Below are positions 1 through 11,563 of a DNA stretch of 64,000 nt, piece by piece; the first letter of the stretch is position 1, and each line of letters begins with the position of its first letter. A program made the translations under genes and the position numbers. Source of the DNA: the human T2T-CHM13v2.0 reference genome, Homo sapiens; the NCBI RefSeq assembly GCF_009914755.1, contig NC_060932.1; one strand, written 5' to 3'. Below the pieces are notes generated by a model. It searched no databases. It had not been told where the DNA came from and saw only the letters and a list, made by a program, of their open reading frames with translations.

Positions 1-175
1 CGCATATTTGTAATATGAAACAATGCTGGATAAGACTTGCCTTTCTGTGTTAAATAATATGTAATATTCATCAGTATAGAATTTATTTGGAAGAGGCCTT
101 GGAATTCCATAATCTAGAATGTTAGGTGACAAAATAACAGGATACAAATAAAGGCAAATATGTATCCAATAAGAT

Positions 176-2545
176 AATTTCAAAATATACTACAATGTTG
201 TAGTAATCGAAACAGCCTGATGCTGGCATAAAAACAGATATATAGATTGAAGGAACAAAAGAGAGAACCCAGAAATACAACCACACATATGTGATCAATT
301 AAAGTGTCCCAAGAACACACAATGGGGAAAGGAAAATCACTTCGATAAGTGTTGCTGGGAAAACTGGACATCTTAATGCAGCAGAAGAAAAAAACTTGAT
401 TCTTGTTTTACCCTATATACAAAAATCAACTCAAAATTGATTAAAGATTTAAACATAAGACCTGAAACTGTAAAACTAGTAGAAAAAAACATAGGGAAAA
501 AGCTTTTTTTACATTAATCTGGGCAATGCTTTTTTACTATAACCCCAAAAGCAAAGGCAACAAGAGTAAAAGTAGAAAAATAGGATTGCATCAAACTAAG
601 AAGCTTTTTCACAGCAAGGGAAACAATCATGGAGTGAAGAGTCAACCTATGAAATGGGAGAAAATATTTGCAAACAATACATCTCAAAATGGGTTAATAT
701 CTAAAATACGTAAGAAACTCAATAGCGAACAGCAAATAATCTGATTAAGAAATGGTTAAAGGGATGTCGAAAGAATTTCTCAAGAGAAGACATACAAAGG
801 GCCAACAGGTATACGAAAAAAAATTTCAACATCGCTAACTATCAGGAAAATGCAAATCCAAACCGCAATAAGATATTAACTCATACACTATTAGACTGAC
901 TCATACACATTGGAATGACTTTTTTTCTTTTTTTTTTTAAATTTATTATTATACTTTAAGTTTTAGGGTACATGTGCACAATGTGCAGGTTAGTTACATA
1001 TGTATACATGTGCCATGCTGGTGCGCTGCACCCACTAACTCGTCATCTAGCATTAGGTATATCTGCCAATGCTATCCCTCCCCCAACCCCCGACCGCACA
1101 ACAGTCCCCAGAGTGTGATGTTCCCCTTCCTGTGTCCATGTGTTCTCATTGTTCAATTCCCACCTATGAGTAAGAATATGCGGTGTTTGGTTTTTTGTTC
1201 TTGCGATAGTTTACTGAGAATGATGATTTCCAATTTCATCCATGTCCCTACAAAGGTCATGAACTCATCATTTTTATGGCTGCATAGTATTCCATGGGGT
1301 ATATGTGCCACATTTTCTTAATCCAGTCTATCATTGTTGGACATTTGGCTTGGTTCCAAGTCTTTGCTATTGTGAATAGTGCCGCAATAAACATACGTGT
1401 GCATGTGTCTTTATAGCAGCATGATTTATAGTCCTTTGGGTATATACCCAGTAATGGGATGGCTGGGTCAAATGGTATTTCTAGTTCTAGATCCCTGAGG
1501 AATCACCACACTGACTTCCACAAGGGTTGAACTAGTTTACAGTCCCACCAACAGTGTAAAAGTGTTCCTATTTCTCCACATCCTCTCCAGCACCTGTTGT
1601 TTCCTGACTTTTTAATGTTTGCCATTCTAACTGGTGTGAGATGATATCTCATTATGGTTTTGATTTGCATTTCTCTGATGGCCAGTGATGGTGAGGATTT
1701 TTTCATGTGCTTTTTGGAATGACTATTTTCAAAAAGACAAAAGATAGCAAGTGTCATCAAGTGTGGAAAAAAAACAGTTTTACAGTTGATGTGAATATAA
1801 ATTGGTACAGCCCTGATGGAACAGTATTGAGGTTCCTCAAAAAATTAAATCTGGAACAGCTACATCATCCAGTAATTACACTACTTGTATATTGAAAGGA
1901 AATGAAATCAGTATGTGGAAATATCATCACTCCTCTGTTCATTGCAGCATTATTCACAACATCCAAGATATGAAATCAACCTAAGTTTCCATCAGCGAAT
2001 GAATGGATAAAGAAAATGTGGCACATATAAATACAGTGGAATATTATTGAGCCTTAAAAAATGGAGGAAATCTTGTCTTTTATAACCACATGGATGTATT
2101 TAGAGGACATGATGCTAAATTAAATAAGCGAGGCACAGAAAGACAAATACTACATGATCTCATTTACATGTGGAATCTAAAAAAATCAAATCCATAAAAG
2201 CAGATAATAGGATGGTAGTTGGCAGGGGCTGAAGAATGGGAGAAATTGGAAGATATTGGTCAAAGAGTATAAAGTTGCAGTTTTGCAGGATGAATAAGTT
2301 TGGGAGACCTAACCTACAGAATGGTGGCTATAGCTAGTGCTGGGAGAGTAGACCTTAAATGGTCTCATCACACAAAAATGGTAATGGATGTGTTAAGTGG
2401 CTTCATTATGGTAATCATTTCTTAATTTGTATGTATATCAAAACATATACAATTATAAATTGTAAATATATACAATTTTTATCTGTTAATTATACTTCAA
2501 TAAAGCTAGAAAATTTAAAAACAAAAAAATTTAAAAATAAATTTC
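176..2545 (+). mobile_element. Old L1MA-type LINE-1 (3' ORF2 + 3' UTR), interrupted by an L1PA insertion at 921-1713
   Basis: Degenerate ORF2 C-terminal sequence (…MKWEKIFAN…), L1MA-type 3' UTR, AATAAA and A-rich tail near 2499-2545. The sequence is continuous across the L1PA insertion. Confidence 0.88.
921..1713 (-). mobile_element. 5'-truncated L1PA (L1PA3/PA2-like) 3' end
   Basis: Poly-T then antisense L1 3' UTR (attatactttaagttttagggtacatgtgcacaatgtg; non-Ta GAG diagnostic). ORF2 C-terminus [17 protein letters not shown] on the minus strand. TSD ttggaatgact at 910-920 and 1714-1724. Confidence 0.95.
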
Positions 2546-3660
2546 TAAGGTAAAGGAACTATTGTTTTTAATAAAATTAACTGTTTCTCACATGCATATA
2601 ACATAGAAATCCATCTTTAAGTCTTATAGCCAAATATTAAATATTTTAAATCAGAAAATTAAAGAGAAGAAAGTGGATGATAAATTCTAAAGCTGGATTA
2701 TGAGGACCCAGATTTTGGAGATATTGGTGATATCATCCATTAATTCACATTTTAAAATAAATTTATCAGTGAAGCAAAGTTATAGAAATGTAACTATATA
2801 GGTGGAAAATGACATAACTACTTTCAAATGGTGGAATTGCTAATTTTTTATCTTTGTAAGACTGATTTTTGAGGTTAAAAGAAAAAGAAATCTAGCATCT
2901 CCAAGCATTTTATAGTAATAACATTTTCCAGGCAAGTCAAAGCACTGTTTGAAGAATTTCCACATGTCTGGCATTTATTAAACCTAAAAGTTAAAATTAC
3001 TTTCTTTAGTTTTATTAGACTACAAACATTTTGTATTGTTTGTCAGGATAACTTTATATGGGATCTAGAAATGATAAATGGGCTTGTGATGAACTCTCCT
3101 GAAGGAAAGCCAAAGGGACTTTGGTTTCTGTCATATATAAAATACGGCATTCTGGTTTACAAGGAGGTTATCTTTGTCCACAGCTCACTCTTGAGATAGA
3201 ATCTAGGGCACTCTGGCCATCTCTGGCTATTTGCAAGTACAGATTATATTTCAGTTCTCTAAATGTTTTTGCTGGAAGAAAATCTGTGCACTTTAATCAT
3301 AGTTTATTTTCATCATTAAGTAGTTGAAATGACAGTGAATTGAGAAAGATTCAAAAACAAAGAGTAAGACTTCCAAATCATTATCTGATTATATTCCTAA
3401 GGAGCTAAGCACAGCCCCATTTAATTAAAGAAAGAGCAAATGAGCACCTTCTAAACCAAACATGCTGGGCTTTCTTCCTCCCCCCTCCCCTCATATCTTG
3501 TATAGAAGTGGTGAGGCCTATATCAGATGGATTCCTGGGGTGCTAGGAAAGCAATAGAAGAGAGTGAGTCCCCTGGAGGAAAGGGAGGAAAGGGATATTC
3601 CAGGTAGATAGAAAGCACATGCAAAAGAAGTGATACTAAAATAACTGGAGTGAGAAAATA

Positions 3661-4530
3661 TAGTCCAACTTTCTCATGTGCATAGATACAAAAATCCTAA
3701 ACAAGAGCAAAATATTAGCAAATCAAATGCAGTGATTCATAGAAAGTATAAAATATCATGATCACATTGGGTTTATTCTAGAAATGCAGATATGGTAAAA
3801 CATTTAAAAATATACCAAAATATTTCACAATAAATGAGAAAAAATTATACATCAGTAGATATATTTGACCAAATTCAATATCCAATCATGATTTTTAAAA
3901 AAAACTTTGGAAAATCAAAATAGAAGGGATGTCTTTAATGTAACAAGTTTCTGAAAATAGAAAAACATGCACATGAGTAAAATCATGCTTAGCAATGAAT
4001 TATTGAAACTTTACGCCTTGAAATGAAGAGTGAGAAAAAGATGCACATTCTCACCACTTATATTTAGTATTACACTAGATGTCATAGCCACTGAAGACAG
4101 AAATAAAAAACATCCCTATTTATAGACAACTTGATTGAACATATAGAAAAATCAAAAACAATATGGACTGCTCAGTTAGAATTAGTTAAGAAGTTCCAGA
4201 AGGTCAATATACAAAGTCATTTTTCATTCTATGTACCAGCAATAGCAATCAAACATAGAATATGAAATTTTAAAGGGGTATCACTTAGAATAGCTTTTAC
4301 AATTCTAATGTTTCAGCATAAATCTAATGGAAGGTGTGTAAGACCACTACCCTGAAACCTGCAAAACCTGTTCATGGATTTGAAGACCTAAATATCATTT
4401 CTCACAAATTAATCTATAGATTTAGTGAAATATCTATTTCTCACAAATTAATCTGTAGATTTAGTGAAATATCTATTTCAACTATTTCTGGTATTCATCC
4501 TTTTGCTGCAGAAACTGAAAAGCTAAAAAT
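3661..4530 (+). mobile_element. Ancient L1M ORF2 (RT region) fragment
   Basis: Degenerate match to L1 ORF2 (catagatacaaaaatcctaaac…atattagcaaatcaaat…catgatcacattgggtttatt). Confidence 0.75.
4402..4479. repeat. 39-bp tandem duplication (2 copies, 1 mismatch)
   Basis: tcacaaattaatct(a/g)tagatttagtgaaatatctatttc at 4402-4440 and 4441-4479. Confidence 0.95.
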
Positions 4531-4639
4531 GCAAAGTATGTAGCATTATTTTGCATGTGTATGTTGTAACAGGTATGGCATAGTTCAGGATCTGGCTGTT
4601 TTTCTAAATGCTTGAGTCTTGTTGGTTGTAGCAGTGACA

Positions 4640-4980
4640 GTGATGGCAGATTATCTGGATGTGTCAATGTAATCACAAGAATCCTTCTACTGGAGAGGAA
4701 GGAGAATCAAAGTAAGAAAAGGGAGACATGGTAATGGATCCACGAAGTGGGATGATGCACTAAGTTGAAGGAAGAGGCCATGAGCCAAGGGTGGTAGGTA
4801 GCCTCTAGAAGTTAGAAAAGGCAAGCAAACAAATTATCTCCTGAAATCTTCATAAATAACATAGCCCAACCACACCTTATTTTAAATGTCTAACTTCCAA
4901 GATCATCAGAGTAAATTTGTGTGGTTTTAAATTATCAAATTTTTGGTAATTTGTTAAAGCAACAATAGAAAACTAATACA
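4640..4980 (+). mobile_element. MLT1 (MLT1C/D-like) MaLR LTR
   Basis: Typical motifs aatgtaatcacaag, agccaagg…gcctctagaag, and 3' end ggtaatttgttaaagcaacaatagaaaactaataca. Confidence 0.85.
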
Positions 4981-5050
4981 CTCATTTGATTCATAAATAT
5001 TTGTAGAGCAACTAATATATCTCGGACACTGGCTGGCTGTTGGGGATAAA

Positions 5051-5418
5051 TGTATTAGCCCATTCTCACACTGCTAAAAAGAAGTGCCTGAGACTGAGCA
5101 ATTTATAAAGCAAAGAGGTTTAATTGACTTACAGTTTCACATAGCTGGGGAGGCCTCACAAAACTTACAATCATGCAGAAGGGGAAGCAAACACGTCCTT
5201 CTTCACATGATGGCAGGAAGAAGAAATGTCAAGCAAAAGGGGAAAAGCCCATTATAAAACCAACAGATCTCATGAGAACTCACTATCACAAGAATAGCAT
5301 GGAAGTAACTGCCCCATGATTCAATTACCTTCCACTGGGTCCCTCCCACAACACATGGGGATTATGGGAAAAACAATTGAAGATGAGATTTTGGTGGGGA
5401 CATAGCCAAACCATATTA
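5051..5418 (-). mobile_element. THE1 (THE1C/D-like) solo LTR
   Basis: Antisense THE1 running tgtattag…agaggtttaattgac…gccaaaccatat(t)a. 5-bp TSD-like flanks ataaa/atata. Confidence 0.92.
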
Positions 5419-5429
5419 ATATAATAGCA

Positions 5430-6620
5430 AATGAAAACTTGAAGAGGAGAGAATATTTTTAGACGCATTTTATGAGGCCAGCATTACTCTGATACCAAAG
5501 CCTGACAAAGGCACTACAAGAAGAAAAATTACAGGCTGATATTCCTGATGAACATAGATGTAAAAATTCTCAACAAAATAGAAGCAAATAAAATTCAGCA
5601 ACATTTTAAAAGAATCAGTGATCATTATCAAGTGGAATTTATCCCTGGGATATAAGAATCATTCAAATATGTAAATCAATAAATGTGATTCACCGTATTA
5701 ACATAATGAAGGAGAAAAACCATATGATCACCTCAAAGATGAAGAAAAATACATTTCACAAAATTTAACATTCTTTCATGATTAAAAAAAAGCTCTCAAC
5801 AAATTAGGTATAAAAATAATGTACCTCTACACAATAAAGGCCATATCTGAGGAACCCACAGCTAACATTTAACCAATGGTGGAAAGTTGAAAGTTCTTCT
5901 ATGATTAGGAACAAGAACCCCACTCTCTCCACTTCTATGCAACATAGCACTGGAAGTCCTAGCCAAAGCAATTGGGTAAGACAAAGAAATAAAAGGCATC
6001 CAAATTGGAAAGGAAGGAGTTGAATTTTCTGTTTGCAGATGACATGATCTTATATAGAGAAATCCTAAAGACTCCACCAAAAATCTGATTCATATCAGTC
6101 CATTAGAACTGATAAACAAATTCATTAAAGTTGCAGGATACAAAATCAACATGCCAAGATCAGTAGCATTCACTAACAAACTATTGGGAAAAAAAGATTA
6201 AGAAAACAATCTCGTTTACATAGCATCATAAAAAATATATTCATGAGTAAATTTAAGCAAGGAGGTGAAACACCTGTATAATGAGAACTATACAACAGGG
6301 ATGAAAGAAATTGTAGAAGACACAAATAAGTAGAAAAATGCCTGTGTTTATGGATTAAAAGAATTAATATTTTTTAAATGACTACTCAAAGCAATCTGTA
6401 GATTCAATGAAATACTCACCATAATTCCAATGACATTCTCCACAGAAATAGAAAAAGCAATCCTAAAATATGTATGGAACCACAGAAGACCTTGAATAGC
6501 CAAGGTAATCTTGAACAAAAAGAACACAGCTGGAAGCATCATTTTACCTAACTTTAAAATATATTACAAAGCTATAGTAATCAAAGTGGCATGGTACTGT
6601 CATAAAAACGGACACATTTG
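5430..6620 (+). mobile_element. L1M/L1MA ORF2 fragment (RT domain)
   Basis: ttttatgaggccagcattactctgataccaaagcc…tttgcagatgacatgat (FADDM motif)…catggtactgtcataaaaac. Confidence 0.9.
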
Positions 6621-6740
6621 CCAATAAATTATTGTCTTATGATATGTTCTAATCTAACCAGAAACACCGGAATAGGCTGTTTGTTTTTTGTATATGTTGT
6701 ATTTGATATGTGTTTTGAACATCTACATGGGTATAGCCAG

Positions 6741-6875
6741 TAATAATAGCTAACACTATACTTGTCATTATTCTAAGCACTTTTTATGTATTAACTCATT
6801 TAATTCTTGTAACAGTCCTGTAAATATATAATAGTTGAGGAAACATTTATAGATGAGGGAACTCTGGTATGAAAA
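6741..6875 (-). mobile_element. MIR SINE fragment
   Basis: aataatagctaaca…aactcatttaattcttgtaacagtcctg…tttatagatgagggaact (antisense MIR core). Confidence 0.65.
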
Positions 6876-9450
6876 TATGAAGTATAATTAACGTCAGATA
6901 TTAACAAATATCAAGAAGAATTAGGATTAACCAGAAATGCCTTGATTTGGTATTTTTATTATAAAAGTTTTCTTTTTTACATTTTCTGAAGCCATATTGA
7001 TTAATCACTGTTTCTTGATAATGTGTCAGGTCTTTACACATATGTTTCAGCAGTTAATTTTTATGTTGAGTAATTTTTTCAGCTGTCACTAACCTGTTCA
7101 TGTCATGGGCACCAACTCACAAACATACATCTCAGCTTACATTTTTATAATATCCTCTAAGACATAAGTAATTTATTCTGCTTCTGCTGAAAATTTCCAA
7201 AATGTCATGCCCAGTGATCTCCATGGAATTAATTCTTGTCATATATTTATTGACATATTACAGGGTTTTCTATCACCACTGACTGCCACTTTTCAAAACT
7301 AGAACCATTATTTCAAGTGTCAGGGTACTGGTTACATTCATTCTCTTTGATATAAACAGATATTTTAACTGGTAGTTTTATAGAAATGTTATTTTTGAAA
7401 ACCTTATGAATCACATATCTATTATAAGCAAAATTTTAAGATTAAGATGATGGCTATTTTATCTTTGTCCCCTTGTATCTTGGACAAGTATATACTTAGT
7501 ATTTGTTGCATGAAGTAATGAGGTATAGAATTCTATTTACTAATTATTGTGTTCTTAATCTGAGTAATGAGAAATTGTTTGCACCGTGATTACAAATTGG
7601 TAGCAAACTTAGCAAAACAAAAAATGTATCAACATTATTTGTTGAACACCAATTATGTATCATCATGCTGTTCTTAAATCAACATATTCCACTGAACTTT
7701 CTACCCCTCTCAGTAATTCTCTCACTAATGCTTAATTATTGTTACCCATGACTCCATTCTTTAAACACTCCTAATACAGCACTCATTCCCTCAGCCTCAG
7801 AGAAGAGTGGACCAGTCATTGTCAAGGGCCATTTTTTTCAATACACTGTCAAAGGACCACAAATCTGCTATGAACAGGATGATGAATCACATGAATGAAT
7901 ATATTCTGTAAGTTTGTGATCACTTGATTAGTGTCAGTATTCCCCAATAAAATAAAAGCTATATGAACAATCATGTCTGTTTTTACTTAGCATTACATCA
8001 ACCAGATGACAAAATTTAAGTGCACAAAGTATATTATTTAAAAGACTGAAGTTAAGTTCATTTAATTTAAATGAGGGATCATATGTTAAATCCTAAATGT
8101 TAAAATTTAAAAAAAAAAAGGTTAATCTTATCCAGATGGGAACATAGCTATTTATGCTACTGAAAACACATGTGATCATCAACCCAAGAAAAAGGCAACC
8201 ATAAAAAAGAAATTTTTTTCCTCATCGAATCAAGATTAGGTAGTCACAAGCTGAAATCTTGGTTCCTTCTTTGTTATACTATTTTCCTACAAACGTTTCT
8301 TTAAATGGTCTTAGAAGCTGGGAGCCAAAGGTTTTTAAAATTGAATAATCACCTTTTCACATGCTGTATTTGTGTTCATATTTTGTGAATCCTCTAATGA
8401 TTCATTTAAGTATTTACTGTGTTCTCCAGGTGGGCTTTCTATAGCTTTCCAAGGCATGATTTAAAAATATTAAAAATAATACAAGATTTTGTGTTTGCCA
8501 AACTAAAGAAGTTTTGAAAATAAAATGTGAGACTCTTTTTTTCCCACCATAATTTCTGTTTCTGTATCTAAGGCCGTTTAAGTAAACATCTAAAAACGGT
8601 TTTTATAATGGTAAGAGAATCATGAATTTCATTTACATATTTACTGTTCACATACTGCTGTGCTGGTAATGGCAAATGCAGAGTTTATTCAAATAGTTGT
8701 CTTTGAAACACATATAAGAGGTCAAAGAATATCCAGGTGGTTCTGAGCCCTTTAGCAGACACAAATACACACAAAATGAGGTTTCGAGATGGATTTCTGA
8801 AATGCCCTTGGGCTATGTAATGCTAAATTATACCTGAAAATTCATTCTATTCAACTCAGCAGGCTGAAGTAGCTCATCAATGTAGTGTAATTATAACTAA
8901 ATAGGAACAGGAAAGGAATTAGGAGGACAGGATTGCTGTGTATAATACTTTTGTAGACAGGCTGAAATGAATTCTATTAATATATAATATTTATGCAAAT
9001 TTTAAATTGGAAATAATTAGAAATTTTGGAGTAAAAATGTTGATACTATTCTTAGAAACAAAAATATGCTGAATATGATCCATAAATTGAAATTGATATT
9101 TTTTAAAGCCCATAAAGAATTACTTATCATAGTATTGGTCTTTGTCTATTTTAAGCATTATATTTTTAAACTATGAATAAATCTTCTTAATGTCTAGACC
9201 AACATTTTCAAAATTGTTTGGTTATGTGTGTGTATGGGCACCTAATTTTCTGACATAATGTTATCTCTTTTTAATTGGAAATTTGCTCTGGGTCATTCTA
9301 ACCTACTTGATTATTTTCCCCGAAGAACATTCTCCAAGTCCATAATGGACCTTAGATTAGTGCAAATATTATCATTTCAGTGGACTTCATGCACCAATTA
9401 GGCTTTACTTGAATATCTTTAGAATCACAATATATGCACCTCTAGAATTC

Positions 9451-9695
9451 TTTTTAACTTTTAATTCAGGAGTGAAAGTGCAGGTTTGTTATACAGGTAA
9501 ACTTGTGTCATGGGGGTTTGCTGTACAGATTATTTCATCACCCAGGTATTAAGCCTAGTACCTATTAGTTATTTTTTCTGATTTTCTCTCTTCTCCCACC
9601 CTCCACCCTCCAAAGGCCCTAGTGTCTGTTTTTCCCCGCTATGTGTCCATATGTTCTCATCATTTAGCTCCCACTTACAAGGGAGAACACACTGT
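9451..9695 (-). mobile_element. Older L1PA (L1PA11-15-like) 3' UTR fragment
   Basis: gtgcaggtttgttatacaggtaaacttgtgtcatgggggtttgctgtacagattatttcatcacccaggtattaagcctagtacc…catttagctcccactta. Confidence 0.88.
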
Positions 9696-10009
9696 ATTCT
9701 TTTTCTGGAGTATGAGGATAGGTAAGTATCAGAATGCATTCTCTATTGAAATCTCACATATCAAATATATTCTCCCATTGTCTGACACTTTAAAAGCATG
9801 TATATTTGCCAAAATGACAATAACTCCAATAATTCCAACTAAAGTAAAATCCTAGGTAGTGTTCTCTATTCTCAACTGTTTTCTGAATTTGGTTTCTTTG
9901 ACAATTAGTTTTACAACACATGAGATAGTGGTATCATGAACTGGGTACAGTTTTTGCAGCTCACAAACGTACACACTCCAGCTCTGCTTCTTTCTTGCAA
10001 GCTCTTTGA

Positions 10010-10135
10010 ACTTGGCCCTTGAACCTCGGTTCCCTTATCTGTAGGATGAGGACTCCTACCTCGCATCACTGCTTTAAAATTAAAGCAACATAAACAAAAT
10101 CCCTCATACAAAGCAAGCACTTAATAATTGTTCAT
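10010..10135 (+). mobile_element. MIR fragment
   Basis: gaacctcggttcccttatctgtaggatgagg…ctacctcgca…gcacttaataattgtt. Confidence 0.55.
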
Positions 10136-10849
10136 TTTTATGATTCCATTTAGCTTCTGCAATTAATTAGGGAACTATTTTAATTAAAATACCTCATCTA
10201 TATTTAATTCATTGCTTACATTATAAAGCTAACATTAGTGAACTCTAGGGGTGATGATGTAAAATTATAATATAGAGTCCCAATGATAATAACATATATT
10301 CTTTGAAGCAGAATATGCAAGATATCATACAGTGGAGTGCAGAATCCCAGTTCATCGTTTTTTTAGCATCATGTATTTATTACCTGCCTCACACCAAGAA
10401 GAATTTGTGCCCCACTACCACATATATAAAATAAAGTAGAAATACAATGAATTTTATATAGATAAAACACAGCAGAGGAAAGAAACCCCACAGAATAGAA
10501 AGATGAAACCAGATGCTCTAGTTCAGAGTCCAGAAAGAAGAAAGTAAGGGCAAGTTTCAGGAAAGACAGACGTTGACTAAGATAGAATCAGCCAGGAAAA
10601 GAGGAAGGCAGAACTCTGAGAAGTCAGCAGTGTGTACAATAGGATACTTGCTACTTTATGTCTCTGCCTTCCTCTACTTCACGTGCCACGTGCCACTTGC
10701 TGGTCCCCACCATTGTCCTGAGTCTTCTGTGCTTGGTTAAGAATTTTCTCTAGCTACAATCTGGCCACTGAGGAAGGACGCATCCTGCAAACACCTCAGA
10801 ACCGTGTTTTGCTAGGAAGCTTTACCACTCACAACCCTGTGGCTTTTAA

Positions 10850-10862
10850 GATAGGTAGGTAC

Positions 10863-10910
<48 letters not shown>

Positions 10911-10952
10911 GATAAATAGATAACAGATGAATAGATAGATAGTAGATAGATA
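10850..10952. repeat. (ATAG/GATA)n tetranucleotide microsatellite
   Basis: 12 perfect ATAG units at 10863-10910 with degenerate flanking units. Confidence 0.97.
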
Positions 10953-11205
10953 AGTGTATACATCCTATTCTGTAAACTCTTTCATAGTAAAATTCTATGC
11001 ATAATTTTCATGATCACAGAAACTAATATGACTTCAAGGATGTTTTAATTTCTCATCAGGATTCCCTATAAACTCAGTACTATCCCTTCATCTCAGGACA
11101 CAGTGGAGATGCTCTGAGACAAAAGTTGTGAGCTGCTGAGGAAGTATTTTTTATAAGTAAAAGATCTCTAGGGAGCATGGTACAGCAATTCTCCCACATC
11201 ATGCT

Positions 11206-11563
11206 TGTCTAGTCCACTCGGCTGTTATAATAAAATGCCATACATTGGGTGGCTTATAAACAACAGAAATTTGTTTCCCAGAGTTCTAAAGGCTGGGAAA
11301 TCTAAGATCAAAGTGCTGGCAGATTCAGTATCTTGTGAGGGCCTTCTTTCTGGTCAATAGAAGGCAACTTCTCTTTGTGTCCTCAGGTGGAAGAGGCAAG
11401 GGATCTCTCTGGGGTCTTTTTAATAAAGGCACTAATCACATTTGTGAGGGTTCTGCTCCCATGACCTAATTACCTCCCAAAGGCCCCACCTTTAAATACA
11501 TCACAGGAGGGATTAGGTTTCAATGCACTAATTGGAGAGGAACAAAAACATTTAGACCATAGC
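11206..11563 (-). mobile_element. MLT1A/MSTD-like MaLR LTR
   Basis: gggtggcttataaacaacagaaattt…aggctgggaaatctaagatcaaagtgctggcagattc…aaacatttagaccatagca. Confidence 0.88.

Noticed and set aside
4402-4479. 39-bp repeat (and the 119-bp pair at 48 kb) as a CRISPR-like array
   Set aside because: Only two copies, no regular spacers, no cas genes, and a primate genomic context.
5430-6620. ORF2 fragment as the rearranged 5' part of the L1MA at 176-2545
   Set aside because: The two overlap in L1 coordinates with clearly different sequence and share no TSD; more likely independent insertions.
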